Origin: an uncultured delta proteobacterium
GTDB lineage: Bacteria > Desulfobacterota > Desulfobacteria > Desulfobacterales > JAHEIW01
Direction: 5' to 3'
NCBI GenBank assembly: GCA_963706575.1
Contig: CAVPNL010000003.1
Span: 256,001 to 320,000, forward strand
Length of the DNA: 64,000 nucleotides
Shown here: one piece after another, positions 31,407 through 41,421 of the stretch
Layout: each line of letters begins with the position of its first letter
Position numbering within the stretch: position 1 is the first letter of the stretch
Notes under the pieces: generated by a model
What the model was told of the DNA's origin: nothing
What the model saw: the letters and a program-made list of their open reading frames with translations, nothing else
Database searches by the model: none
Program-made: the position numbers and the translations under genes

Positions 31407-32589
31407 TTAATGTGAAAAACAAGCTGAACGTATATTGAAATCCCACGTATTTCTTTTGGCGTGTAATGCTATGACGTCGCTGATTTTATGGATATCTTCT
31501 TCCCTCAGGGAACCATAGAGCGGTAGTGTTAAAATTGATTTTGATATCTTTTCCGCAACAGGCAGGTTTTCCGGAGCGGAGGATGGATAGTTGCTGTAGC
31601 ATTGAAATTGGCTGCACAGCGGATAAAAATATCTGCGGGTGAAGATATTGTATTTTTTCAGTTCATTGTAGAGCTCATCTCGACTGATACCAAACTTGTT
31701 TTGGTCGACAGTAGTAACAAAATTGTAATAGTTGTGTTTGACTTTCGGCATCTCGGTTCTGAAGTTAATTCCAGGAATTTCACTTAGCCTATCACGATAG
31801 ATCATTGTTAGATGTTTTCGTTTCTCGATTTCTTCTCCAACTAAATCAAGCATTAATAAACCGATAGCTGCCTGAAATTCATTCATCTTGGCATTAATTC
31901 CTGGAACAACAATATTTTCTTCATTCTTAAAGCCAAAATTTTTTGCAAACTCGAGACGTTCCCTGAGGCTTTCGTCCTTAAAAGTTAAAGCACCGCCCTC
32001 GAAGGTGTGATAAATTTTTGTTGCATGGAAACTAAACATCGATAAATCTCCGAAATTACCAATTTTTTCCCCGTTTACCTCCACCCCGAATGAGTGAGCT
32101 GCATCATAAATTACTCGCAAACCATACCGGTCTGCTATTTGTTGAATTCCTTGACGGTATCACATGGATAACCGAAATACGTGGACCGGCAAAATTGCAG
32201 TGGTATTCGGTGTAATCATGCTTTCAATGCGCGTAGGGTCTAAATTATACGTATATGGGTCAATGTCACAAAATACAGGAGTGATTCGATTCCAGTATAA
32301 AACATGAGGCGTGGCAGCAAATGTAAAAGGAGTAGTGATTACTTCCCCTGACAATCGCAACGCTTGACATGCTAATTGCAAGGCCAGTGTTCCATTGCAG
32401 AAAAGGCTGATGTTGGGAACATCCAGGTACTTCTTGAGCTCTGCTTCAAATTCCAGGTGCTGAGGATCCCACGTTTGTCAGCCACTGAGAATCCCAGATT
32501 TCATCAATTTTTCTGTAAACGGCTGCCCGATCTGGTAATGGCGGTCTTGAAATGTAGATTGGTTCTTCGAACGGCGTAATTTGAGCCAT
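31407..32589 (-). CDS. DegT/DnrJ/EryC1/StrS sugar aminotransferase, VioA-like (several frameshifts)
   Basis: MAQITPFEEPIYISRP start; GEVITTPFTFAAT; YDAAHSFG; SFHATK; GINAKMNE; RRYFYP. Confidence 0.85.
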
Positions 32590-32768
32590 AATTATGGATG
32601 ACATCCCATGGAATAGATTATAATTTCTCCGGGCAAACGTACTTATAGCTATGCAAGCCTAGTCTTACGCTAACATTCCGGTTGCTATTAAAGTCAGTTA
32701 GATGCCCGGAGTTGCTAAAATTTGCTGTAAAAATATTTTGTTAAGGCTGAACACGGCATTTAGAAAAC

Positions 32769-32784
32769 AGCAATATATATGCCA
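32769..32784 (-). promoter_or_regulatory. sigma54 promoter of glycan-modification operon
   Basis: Minus strand TGGCATATATATTGCT; GTCAATTTTGTGAC box at 32858-32871. Confidence 0.8.
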
Positions 32785-32980
32785 CCTTTAGGTGAGTTGA
32801 AATTTCGTGTTATATTAGAGATATAGGATCCTGCAAGAGATCAGAGATAGCTTTTAGGTCAATTTTGTGACACCCGAACAGAAAATTTTGCCTATTGCAT
32901 CTGCAAACTAGAACGATATCATAGTGAATTGGGATAAAAATGAATTGGTCTGGATAAGGAGGATTATTAACGAATAAAAC

Positions 32981-33721
32981 CTATTCCGCATACCCCATTT
33001 GCTGTAAATAATGGCCAAAATACTGATTGCACAGGGCTAAGTTTTCTGGGGTCATTTGGTGTTTAAATCTGCCCGACACACCTTGGTTATAATGCAAAAA
33101 TCCTTGCATCTTTTTATTGTTTAAAATTCGATTTTGCGAATAACTCTCAATTATCTCTTCGAGCTGTGAAGATGCTAATTTTAAATCTAAAAAGTCCATC
33201 AATTTGATCATCTCTCTTTTTGGGTTGGAAACTAAATCTTCATACCTGCAAATTAATATTTGATTTAATTGGCGATATTGATTCCAAACACCCAATACGT
33301 CGTGGGCAAACATGATAGCGTTTTCCAGATTATTCAATTTGGCAAATGTGTCCGTCCTTCGCTTAGAGCGCAAATCATTGCCATGTTCGAAAGCTGAGAT
33401 AGCAACATCTCTAGGATCACGGTAGATATAGGTAATCTTAAAAATCCCCTTTCGAACAAGTTCCTTTAAGGCAGCGGTGGGACCCGAGTGGGTCTTTACT
33501 GCGAACGTGAAGCCTGCATGGTGCAAAACCTCAAGACGCCTTAAATTGAAAGGGCTCAGCACCTCAATATTGCAGTTGTGGTACAACAGCATATCGTTAA
33601 GCTCAAATTTATCTCTAATGAATCTCACATCTTGATGCCCTGCACGTATCAGAAGATCATTTGTTAAATTAAAATACCAGCCAGTTCCTGCCTTTTGCAT
33701 TCCTGCTGAGATGACAATCAT
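32981..33721 (-). CDS. sulfotransferase domain protein
   Basis: SAGMQKAGTGW P-loop, VKTH, YIYRDPRDVAIS, RYEDL, GVSGRFK. Confidence 0.85.
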   Translation of the reverse strand: MIVISAGMQKAGTGWYFNLTNDLLIRAGHQDVRFIRDKFELNDMLLYHNCNIEVLSPFNLRRLEVLHHAGFTFAVKTHSGPTAALKELVRKGIFKITYIYRDPRDVAISAFEHGNDLRSKRRTDTFAKLNNLENAIMFAHDVLGVWNQYRQLNQILICRYEDLVSNPKREMIKLMDFLDLKLASSQLEEIIESYSQNRILNNKKMQGFLHYNQGVSGRFKHQMTPENLALCNQYFGHYLQQMGYAE

Positions 33722-33797
33722 ACTAGAATTTTCCTGGTTTGGATATTTCGCTATTTTAATTAAAATGTTGAGGGCACTAATTCAGTAATGGATATCG

Positions 33798-33813
33798 TGC
33801 AAATAATATACCA
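33798..33813 (-). promoter_or_regulatory. sigma54 promoter of sulfotransferase gene
   Basis: Minus strand TGGTATATTATTTGCA; GTCAATTATATGAC box at 33884-33897. Confidence 0.75.
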
Positions 33814-33945
33814 ATTTCGATAAAAAAAAGAACAATAATTTAAGATAATTATAACAATCCTAAATATTAAGCTCATCTGCGAAGTCAATTATATGACGAA
33901 CAGGAAACGGCCAAATGTTTATATGCATACTTAAGTATAAACCTC

Positions 33946-33973
33946 TAAAGTAATTTTTATCTATTACCGATAT
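33946..33973 (+). promoter_or_regulatory. sigma28-like promoter of TPR gene
   Basis: TAAAG...ACCGATAT with 16-nt spacer, ~40 nt before ATG 34015. Confidence 0.55.
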
Positions 33974-34014
33974 TTATATCATGTGATATTAACTTTTTTA
34001 ATGGATTGAAATAA

Positions 34015-35202
34015 ATGGAATTTTTAAGTGTTGGAAATACCGACATATTCTCAGCGACAATCCAGCAGCCCGCTCAGCTGGAATCGTTGGCCAATAATGC
34101 GCTTTCAAAGGGGATCGATCTTTACCGGCGACAGGACTATGAAGGCGCCATCAGAGAATTCCGCCGCTCGATCGGTCTGGGGCCAAACTCAACGCATTCA
34201 TCCGATGCCTCCAGCTATATGGCCAACGCCTATATAGCCCTGGGCGATACGGAAGGTGCGATCAAAGCCTATGAGGGCGCCATCCGCCGAAGCCCCGATC
34301 GGGATGATATTTACATCAGTTTGGGCAACCTCTACTTTTCCGAAGGCAGGTATGACGAAGCCGCTGAAGTCTATAAAAAAGCGGTCAAGATTTGGTCGAG
34401 CGCCGATAATCATTACGCCCTGGGGCAGGCGTATTTGAATGCCGGACGGCATTCAGAGGCAGATCGGGAATTTAATACGGTTTTGCGCATGGAACCCGAC
34501 AAACCCGGCGGGTATTATGGCCTGGGCCTGAATTTCAGCAAACAGGGCCGCTATGAAGACGCCATTTTACAGTTTAAGGAAGCCATTCGAGTCGATCCCA
34601 AATTCTATGATGGTTACGCAGAGGTGGGATATGCCTATGCGGATCTGGGTGAAATGGATGAGGCCCAGCGGATAGTGGACATCCTCGAGCCGATGGCACC
34701 GGAGCTGGCAGATACCCTCAGCCGCCACATGTACAAGGTGGATCCCCCCAAATTTATGTTTTCCTTTGCCGATGCAAGCTTTAATTACATGCTGCCCTGG
34801 AAAACCCCTCTGTCGGCTCTGGACGCGTATCTGGCAACGCCAAATGCGGAAAAAACGTTCACGATGAAGTTTCAGTTTGACAAAGAAATGGACCGCGAGT
34901 CCGTCGAAAATGTGCTCAACTGGAATATCGGCCATTCGACCCAGAGCGGGCCCGGCCAGGCATACAATTTCGGCTTTCCGGTTCCGGATACTGAAGTTGC
35001 CTTGTCCCCTATTCCCAAAAGCGTCTATTACGATGAAGATAATTTAACCGCTATCGTTTATTTTGATGTCCGACAGAACTCCGCCGGAGACGGCACCATC
35101 GATCCGACCCACATTGAATTTAAATTCACCGGAGAAGACGCCTACGGAAACAAAATGAATCCCAAATACGATCAATTCATGGGATTTTCCGGAGTAGCAT
35201 AA
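34015..35202 (+). CDS. TPR protein with unknown beta-rich C-terminal domain
   Basis: About six TPRs in aa ~25-225; C-terminal FTMKFQFDKEMDRESV..; no signal peptide apparent. Confidence 0.8.
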   Translation: MEFLSVGNTDIFSATIQQPAQLESLANNALSKGIDLYRRQDYEGAIREFRRSIGLGPNSTHSSDASSYMANAYIALGDTEGAIKAYEGAIRRSPDRDDIYISLGNLYFSEGRYDEAAEVYKKAVKIWSSADNHYALGQAYLNAGRHSEADREFNTVLRMEPDKPGGYYGLGLNFSKQGRYEDAILQFKEAIRVDPKFYDGYAEVGYAYADLGEMDEAQRIVDILEPMAPELADTLSRHMYKVDPPKFMFSFADASFNYMLPWKTPLSALDAYLATPNAEKTFTMKFQFDKEMDRESVENVLNWNIGHSTQSGPGQAYNFGFPVPDTEVALSPIPKSVYYDEDNLTAIVYFDVRQNSAGDGTIDPTHIEFKFTGEDAYGNKMNPKYDQFMGFSGVA

Positions 35203-35361
35203 GCAAGGCATAGCGTAAATTTCTTCATAACCGCTGATTTCCGGTCAATTTTATCAAGCCTCCTCTATCTTCCTTAATTTTGTTCACCTCTTTTATCTTC
35301 AAATCTTCCAACCTTTAAATTTGAAAAATAAATGGAAATTTTAGGCGCTAAAACAAAGACT

Positions 35362-35388
35362 TAAGTTTTTACGCAGAACGGCCGATAT
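35362..35388 (+). promoter_or_regulatory. sigma28-like promoter of hybrid kinase
   Basis: TAAGTTTT-N11-GCCGATAT. Confidence 0.6.
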
Positions 35389-35482
35389 AACTATATAATC
35401 ACATATAAAGCCGATGGACTATTTTTAAAGAATTATGACCTAAAAGATAACAGACCCCATCAAATAGATATGAATCAAAGTT

Positions 35483-37064
35483 ATGGCCGTCAAAAATAAA
35501 AAAAATTGCACCTGTAAAAAAAATGAACTGGAACTGTCACTGATCGAAAGCGAAGAAAAATTTCGACTGCTGATGGAACTGGCCACCGATGGAGTGCTGG
35601 TGGTCCAGGACGGTAAAATCAAAGAGGTCAATTATTATCTGGCCAAGATGTGCGGTTACACCATTGACGAAGTACTCGATACCGACCTCGCCAGCTTTTT
35701 TCATGCAAACGACATCGAAACCATTGAGACCATCTACGAGAAACCGTTAATAGACGACAACGCACTGGCGGTTCATGATTTAACCCTGATGTGCAAAAAT
35801 GGGCACCGGGTCGAAGTGGAAGTCATCGCGGGCCGATTCATTTTTCAAAGCAAACCTTCGAACCTTCTGGTGGTGCGCAATATTTCAGACCACAGCAAAT
35901 CAGACCACGAGCTGGAGCGCACCCGCCAGCTGGAATCCATTGCCGCGTTGTCCGGGGGTATTGCTCACGACTATAATAATTTGTTAACCGCAATCATCGG
36001 CAATATCTCCCTGGCCCAGACCTATCTGGATCCTGATGATAAAGTATTCCTGCTGCTCAGCCAGGCCCTGACAGCCTCCAAAACTGCCAAGGACTTGACC
36101 CAAAAGCTGATCACGTTTTCCAAGGGCGGATCACCGGATAAAAAGGTTGCCGCAGTCGCCAATTTAGTTAAAAACGCCACTGAATTCACCTTGAGCGGTT
36201 CCACTCTTAAAGCTGACTTTAATTTTACGGACAACCTCTGGCCGGTGGAAGTGGACAGAAGTCAGATCGGGCAGGCGATTCACAACGTGATCATGAATGC
36301 CCGCGAGGCGATGCCGCAAGGCGGTCTACTTGAAATCAGCGCCCAAAATGTCACCAGCGATGATGATTTGTCCAATTTGAGAAATGGCAAATATGTAAAG
36401 ATATCCATTACCGACTGCGGCAAAGGTATCGCCTCAAAAAAATCTGGATAAAATTTTTAATCCCTATTTTTCAACTAAAAAAATGGGCAATAAAAAGGGT
36501 ACCGGGCTGGGGTTATCCATCTGCCACTCGATTATTCGAAAGCACGGCGGCAACGTGACAGTGGAGTCCAAATACCGCCGGGGCACTACGTTTCACATCT
36601 ATTTGCCCAGTGCCAACGGAAAATCACCCGATCAAATAACTGCTGATACCATCGAACAGGAAATTCCGATTTTTGGGGAAGGCCGTATCCTGGTAATGGA
36701 TGATGAAGCGATGATACGCAAACTCGCCGGTGAGCTATTGAGCTATCTGGGCTATGAAGTTGACTTTGCACTGGACGGTGCCGAAGCCATCAACCGCTAC
36801 AAAGAGGCGATGAACGCAAAAAAACCGTTTGATGCCGTCATATTGGATTTGACCGTTAAGGGTGGCATGGGCGGCAAAGAAACCATCAAGAAACTGACCA
36901 AAATTGATCCGCATGTGGTTGCTATCGTGTCCAGCGGCTACTGCAATGATCCCGGCATTACCGACTTCGGTCAATACGGGTTTAGCGGAGTGGTAACGAA
37001 ACCGTATACGATGAGCGAGTTGGGTGAAAAATTAAATCAGGTTGTTTCCAACCGACAAAATTAA
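35483..37064 (+). CDS. PAS hybrid sensor histidine kinase/response regulator (frameshift in A-run ~36440)
   Basis: [24 protein letters not shown], receiver VMDDE..DLT..KPY. Confidence 0.88.
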
Positions 37065-37214
37065 CGTCTTGCCAAATTGAAGTTCTTAGAATGCATTTCT
37101 AAAATCCTTGCCTATTGCTATCCTTTTGACCTAAAATGAACGCATAAAAATCCCCAAAGTTATGCAATTATTTTTTAAGGAATCCTACCCGTCGAGAGCC
37201 TCGGGGTCTAACGG

Positions 37215-39177
37215 ATGAATATTCGCTTAAATAAGAACAAAATAATTATTTTCATCGTATTAATTTTCGGTGTGATCTGCGGTAGCCTGACGGGCGCCTT
37301 TTTTGCGCTCACCCACGATCTGCCCCAGATCCGCTCGCTGGAAAATTTCGAGCCCGATGCGGTTACCCGCATTTATTCCGCCGACAAAATCTTGCTGACC
37401 GAACTATTCATTGAGAAACGCGAACCCGTGCCCCTGAAAACCATCCCCCGGCTGTTAAGGGCAGCGCTGGTGGCAACCGAAGACCGCAAATTTTATAAAC
37501 ACAGCGGTGTCGACCTGAGGGGCATCACCCGGGCAATCCTCAAGGATATTAAGGCCGGCGAATTCGTTGAAGGCGCAAGCACCATTACCCAGCAGCTGTC
37601 GAAAACGCTTTTTCTAACGCCTCGAAAAACGCTGGTACGCAAAATAAAAGAGGCCATTTTGGCATTTCAACTCGAGCGCCGTTACACCAAAGATGAAATA
37701 TTGGAATTGTACCTCAACCAGGTTTACTTCGGTAGCGGCGCCTACGGCGTGGAATCTGCAGCCAAAATATTTTTTGGTAAATCCGTAAAGGATTTAAGCC
37801 TGGCGCAATGTGCACTGGTAGCCGGTATGCCCAAATCGCCTTCACGCTATTCTCCTCTGGTAAATCCGGATCTGGCCATCAAAAGGCGAAATACCGTACT
37901 AAGACAAATGCGTGACACGGATATTATTTCCGATGCGGCCTATCAACAGGCAGTTAATGAAGCGCTTTATACCGATGACCGTCGATTCAATCAGTCAAAA
38001 GCACCTTATTTTGTCGAATATATTAAACGTTCTCTTGAAGATGAACTGGGATCAACCCGACTGTATAAAGGCGGTTTATCCGTTTATACAACCCTTGATT
38101 ACAGCCTGCAATCAGCGGCCGAAAAGGCAGTGACTGACGGACTCTCAGCGCTGACCCAGCGGATGAAACAGGCGCAAATAGCGGAACCGGATCCCCAGGC
38201 CGCCCTGATATCGATCGATTTAACTTCCGGCGGCATTTTGGCCATGGTGGGCGGCAAAAATTTTAATGACAGCCGTTTTAACCGTGCCTCCATGGCTCTC
38301 CGGCAGCCCGGATCGGCCTTCAAGCCGTTTGTGTATGCCTATGCTATCGAGCAGGGTTTCGCCCAAAATAAAATAATTCTGGATGCACCGGTGGTATATC
38401 GAGGCGCGCAGGACGGCAATGACTGGAAACCTCAAAATTTTTCTTTGGGATATAAAGGCGAAATGACATTGCGCCGTGCACTGACAGTCTCCCAGAATAT
38501 CCCGGCGGTTCGATTGCTGCAAATGCCTAGGACCTGACTCGGTGGCCCAGTTCGCCCATCAACTCGGCATCAAATCACACCTGGCCGGTAATTTGTCACT
38601 GGCCTTGGGCACGTCGGAGATCACTCTCATGGATTTGACATCTGCATATTCTGTATTTCCGAATAAGGGCGAAAAGATTAGACCGTTTGGCGTCCTGGAG
38701 ATTGTCGATCGACAGGGTCGCGTGATCTGGCGGGCCAAATCCCAGAGGAGGCTGGTGATGTCGCGTGCCGGTGCAGCCATTGTGACCAATATGCTGGAAG
38801 GTGTGATCAAGGAAGGTACCGGCAGGCGCGCTCGTATTCTTGGCAGAGCTGTCGCAGGAAAAACCGGAACGACAAATGACTATAAAGATGCTTTGTTCAT
38901 CGGCTTTTCACCGCGTGTGATTGCCGGCGTCTGGGTAGGCCGGGACGCCGGCGGCAGCCTGGGGGGGAAAGAAACCGGGGCCAGAGCCGCTTTACCCATA
39001 TGGATTGACTATATGAAAGTGTCCCTTCCAAATGAGCCGAATCAATACTTCGACATTCCCGACGATGTCAGCCAGATTCGCATGGACCCCATCACCGGTC
39101 TAGCGCAGCCCGTCGATTCAAAGCGATCCGTTGTTGCCTTGTTTAAAAAAGGCACCGAGCCCTCAGATCGTCGATAG
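37215..39177 (+). CDS. mrcA: penicillin-binding protein 1A (frameshift ~38527)
   Basis: EDRKFYKHSG, GASTITQQL, RKIKE, RQPGSAFKP, SQN, KTGT. Confidence 0.9.
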
Positions 39178-39262
39178 CGTCATGCCGCACGCCGCTTTTT
39201 CCTTTTGTTTACGATCAATTAGGGTTTAATTAAAGAGCAAACAATGATATGAAAGCCGCATT

Positions 39263-39718
39263 ATGATACGAAAAGCAAACATCAAAGACGTAAAGTCGAT
39301 TCACGGGCTCTTACAAGAATATGGCAAAAAAGAAGAACTTCTGGCACGTCCGTTAAGTGAACTATATGATCATGTCAGGGATTTTTCTGTGTATATGGAT
39401 GAGAGCAATAAACAGATGATCGGCTGTTGCGCCATGCAGTTCTGCTGGGAAGATCTTGCCGAAATTCGATCGCTGGCTGTCCTTCCTGAACACCTGGGTA
39501 AAAATATCGGGACAAAGCTTGTGGAAACGGTTTTACAGGAGGCTGAATCGTTTAACGTCAAAAAAGTGTTCACCCTCACCTACAAACCGGACTTTTTCAA
39601 ACAATTCGGATTCATTCAAATCGAGCGCTCCGATTTACCGTTGAAAATCTGGGCGGATTGCATCATCTGTATTAAATTCCCGGACTGCGATGAAATCGCT
39701 ATGATGAAAGAGTTTTAA
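39263..39718 (+). CDS. GNAT amino-acid N-acetyltransferase (short ArgA-like)
   Basis: LAEIRSLAV, VFTLTYKPDFF, LPLKIWADCIICIKFPDCDE. Confidence 0.82.
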   Translation: MIRKANIKDVKSIHGLLQEYGKKEELLARPLSELYDHVRDFSVYMDESNKQMIGCCAMQFCWEDLAEIRSLAVLPEHLGKNIGTKLVETVLQEAESFNVKKVFTLTYKPDFFKQFGFIQIERSDLPLKIWADCIICIKFPDCDEIAMMKEF

Positions 39719-39720
39719 AA

Positions 39721-39855
39721 AAAAGTGCCTAAAGTGACTAAAATGAGCTAAAGTGCCTAAAATTTTGGTGTCGCTACGCTCCATCTTTTTTATAAAAATG
39801 ATAGAATGCCTTAACTTTAGGCACTTTAGATCACTTTAGGCATTTTAGGCATTTC
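39721..39855. repeat. palindromic element made of tandem ~9-10-nt AAAGTGCCT-like units
   Basis: aaagtgcct aaagtgact aaaatgagct aaagtgcct / core / tttaggcac tttagatcac tttaggca ttttaggca; second copy at 41170. Confidence 0.85.
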
Positions 39856-39904
39856 TGGAAATAGACTGGATCGGGTATTACGCACCAAATTGAATACTCT
39901 CAGG

Positions 39905-40966
39905 TTATGTATAGATCACATTAAGCGGAATTGGAGGATATTTCGATACCCCCGGCTTCGGAAGGATGTGCTGCTCGCCGACTGTTAGCCAGTGCAGGTC
40001 TGGTTTAATTTCTCGCAACTTGCCGTCTTCAGGTTCACGGGCATGGTATGTTCGGGTATAGCTTGCCTGAAAAATGCAAACCCCGCATCTTTTCTCCCGC
40101 GCCACGACATAATTCTTTTTGAAAGCCCGGAGTGATAGGCCCTGGGCTCCAGCGATTTCCTCCAGTTCCTTAAGGGAGCGTTTTATCAAAATCGCTTTGG
40201 ATTCACCCCGCTCGGAGAGACGAATCAATGCCCTGGATTCACTGCTGCCCACATATACAGTAGAGATCCCCGGAATCCGTTTAAGATACTGGGCAGCGAC
40301 GATGGCAGCCGTTCGTCTTCCACCCACCATCACCGGTAGTCCATAATACTCAAAAAACTTCTTTTGGATATCTTCAGCATATTTATCGCCTTTTTCGAAG
40401 ATATCCTTAGATATATATCTCAAGCTTCGGGCCATGTCTTCTGCTGCTTCGGTTATCGGCCAATCAATCCGTACATGAAAATGGGTAAGCCCATATCGAT
40501 TCTTCGCCAGTCTGGCTGAATCTCCCTGTATCAGCAGGGCATAATCCACCGGCAGCAATATTTTTAAAAAATTTCTAAAATAGATGGATTCCAGATATTT
40601 CCAGTTGCGGTCAAACTTATCTGATAGGGGTAGTGTTTTTGAGCGCAAAAGATTCTTCTTGGTGGTTTTATTGAGATCGAAAAACCGGATGTACTTTTTA
40701 TGCTCCGGCAGCACCGAATCTTCGACAAAGATGACAAGAAAGGTGTTCTGGGATTCGTATTCCTGATCTGGAATGCGCCCGCGAGGTTTTAACTCCCGCT
40801 TTTCAACAAATGGGAAGCGGTTTTGGCGAGAAATAAAATTATGATATGAATCAATCAGTGCATATTGCAGTAAAAATTGATCCAGTTCATCCCTTAGCAG
40901 TTCGTAATATGAGCGCCTTAGCTTTTCAACCTGACTAAGTTCTTCCCTATATTTCCAGTGAGCCAA
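39905..40966 (-). CDS. hypothetical protein (353 aa)
   Basis: Long ORF with AGGAG RBS before a TTG start; no recognised motif. Confidence 0.75.
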   Translation of the reverse strand: MAHWKYREELSQVEKLRRSYYELLRDELDQFLLQYALIDSYHNFISRQNRFPFVEKRELKPRGRIPDQEYESQNTFLVIFVEDSVLPEHKKYIRFFDLNKTTKKNLLRSKTLPLSDKFDRNWKYLESIYFRNFLKILLPVDYALLIQGDSARLAKNRYGLTHFHVRIDWPITEAAEDMARSLRYISKDIFEKGDKYAEDIQKKFFEYYGLPVMVGGRRTAAIVAAQYLKRIPGISTVYVGSSESRALIRLSERGESKAILIKRSLKELEEIAGAQGLSLRAFKKNYVVAREKRCGVCIFQASYTRTYHAREPEDGKLREIKPDLHWLTVGEQHILPKPGVSKYPPIPLNVIYT

Positions 40967-41114
40967 AATTTTCTCCTAATCTAAATATGTGAATCCCTGC
41001 TTTTCATTCATTTTCATGCAAGATTCAGGCATTATGTTATCATGAATTATTATAGAGTTAAAGCAGGAAAATCTTCCGGCTGGTCTGTTGAATGGGATAG
41101 TAGGACTTAATAAT

Positions 41115-41420
41115 TAGAACCCATCTCAAAGATATATATAACGCCCAACGCTACAGTTTTAAATCTATAAAAAGTGCTTACAACACAAAATGAGCTAAAA
41201 TTAAAAATGATCTAAAATGTCTAAAATTATGGTCGAGCTAGCGCAGCACAGGCGTTTGCGCCATGTGGCGCTCCATCTTTTATTATAAAGATGACAGAAT
41301 TCCTCAACTTTAGGCATTTTAGCTCATTTTAGTCATTTTAGGCACTTGTAACTTTCCAGCACCTTTGGAACTTTTTTCTCTGTCTTCCAAGATGAACTGC
41401 TAATTTTGAGATAGCTTTTA
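41115..41420. mobile_element. MITE-like TIR pair enclosing a second AAAGTGCCT-type palindromic element (41170-41350)
   Basis: tagaacccatctcaaa (identical to 48281) ... tttgagatagctttta; the inner element shares the core cgctccatcttt..atga.agaat..ct.aactttaggca with 39721. Confidence 0.65.
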
Positions 41421-41421
41421 G

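Noticed and set aside
32620..32720. c-di-GMP-I riboswitch (GGGCAAAC seed)
   Set aside because: Antisense to the downstream gene and lacks the GAAA tetraloop / GCAAAG / receptor pattern.
16051..33721. Standard O-antigen or capsule cluster
   Set aside because: No flippase, polymerase, ABC exporter or priming transferase in the window; TPR-fused transferases and flagellar-type promoters favour protein glycosylation. Not fully excluded.
37185..37214. c-di-GMP riboswitch-like GGTCTAA before PBP1A
   Set aside because: The 5' half of the motif is absent.
39721..41350. CRISPR array
   Set aside because: Units are 9-10 nt, arranged as inverted arms without unique spacers; no cas genes.
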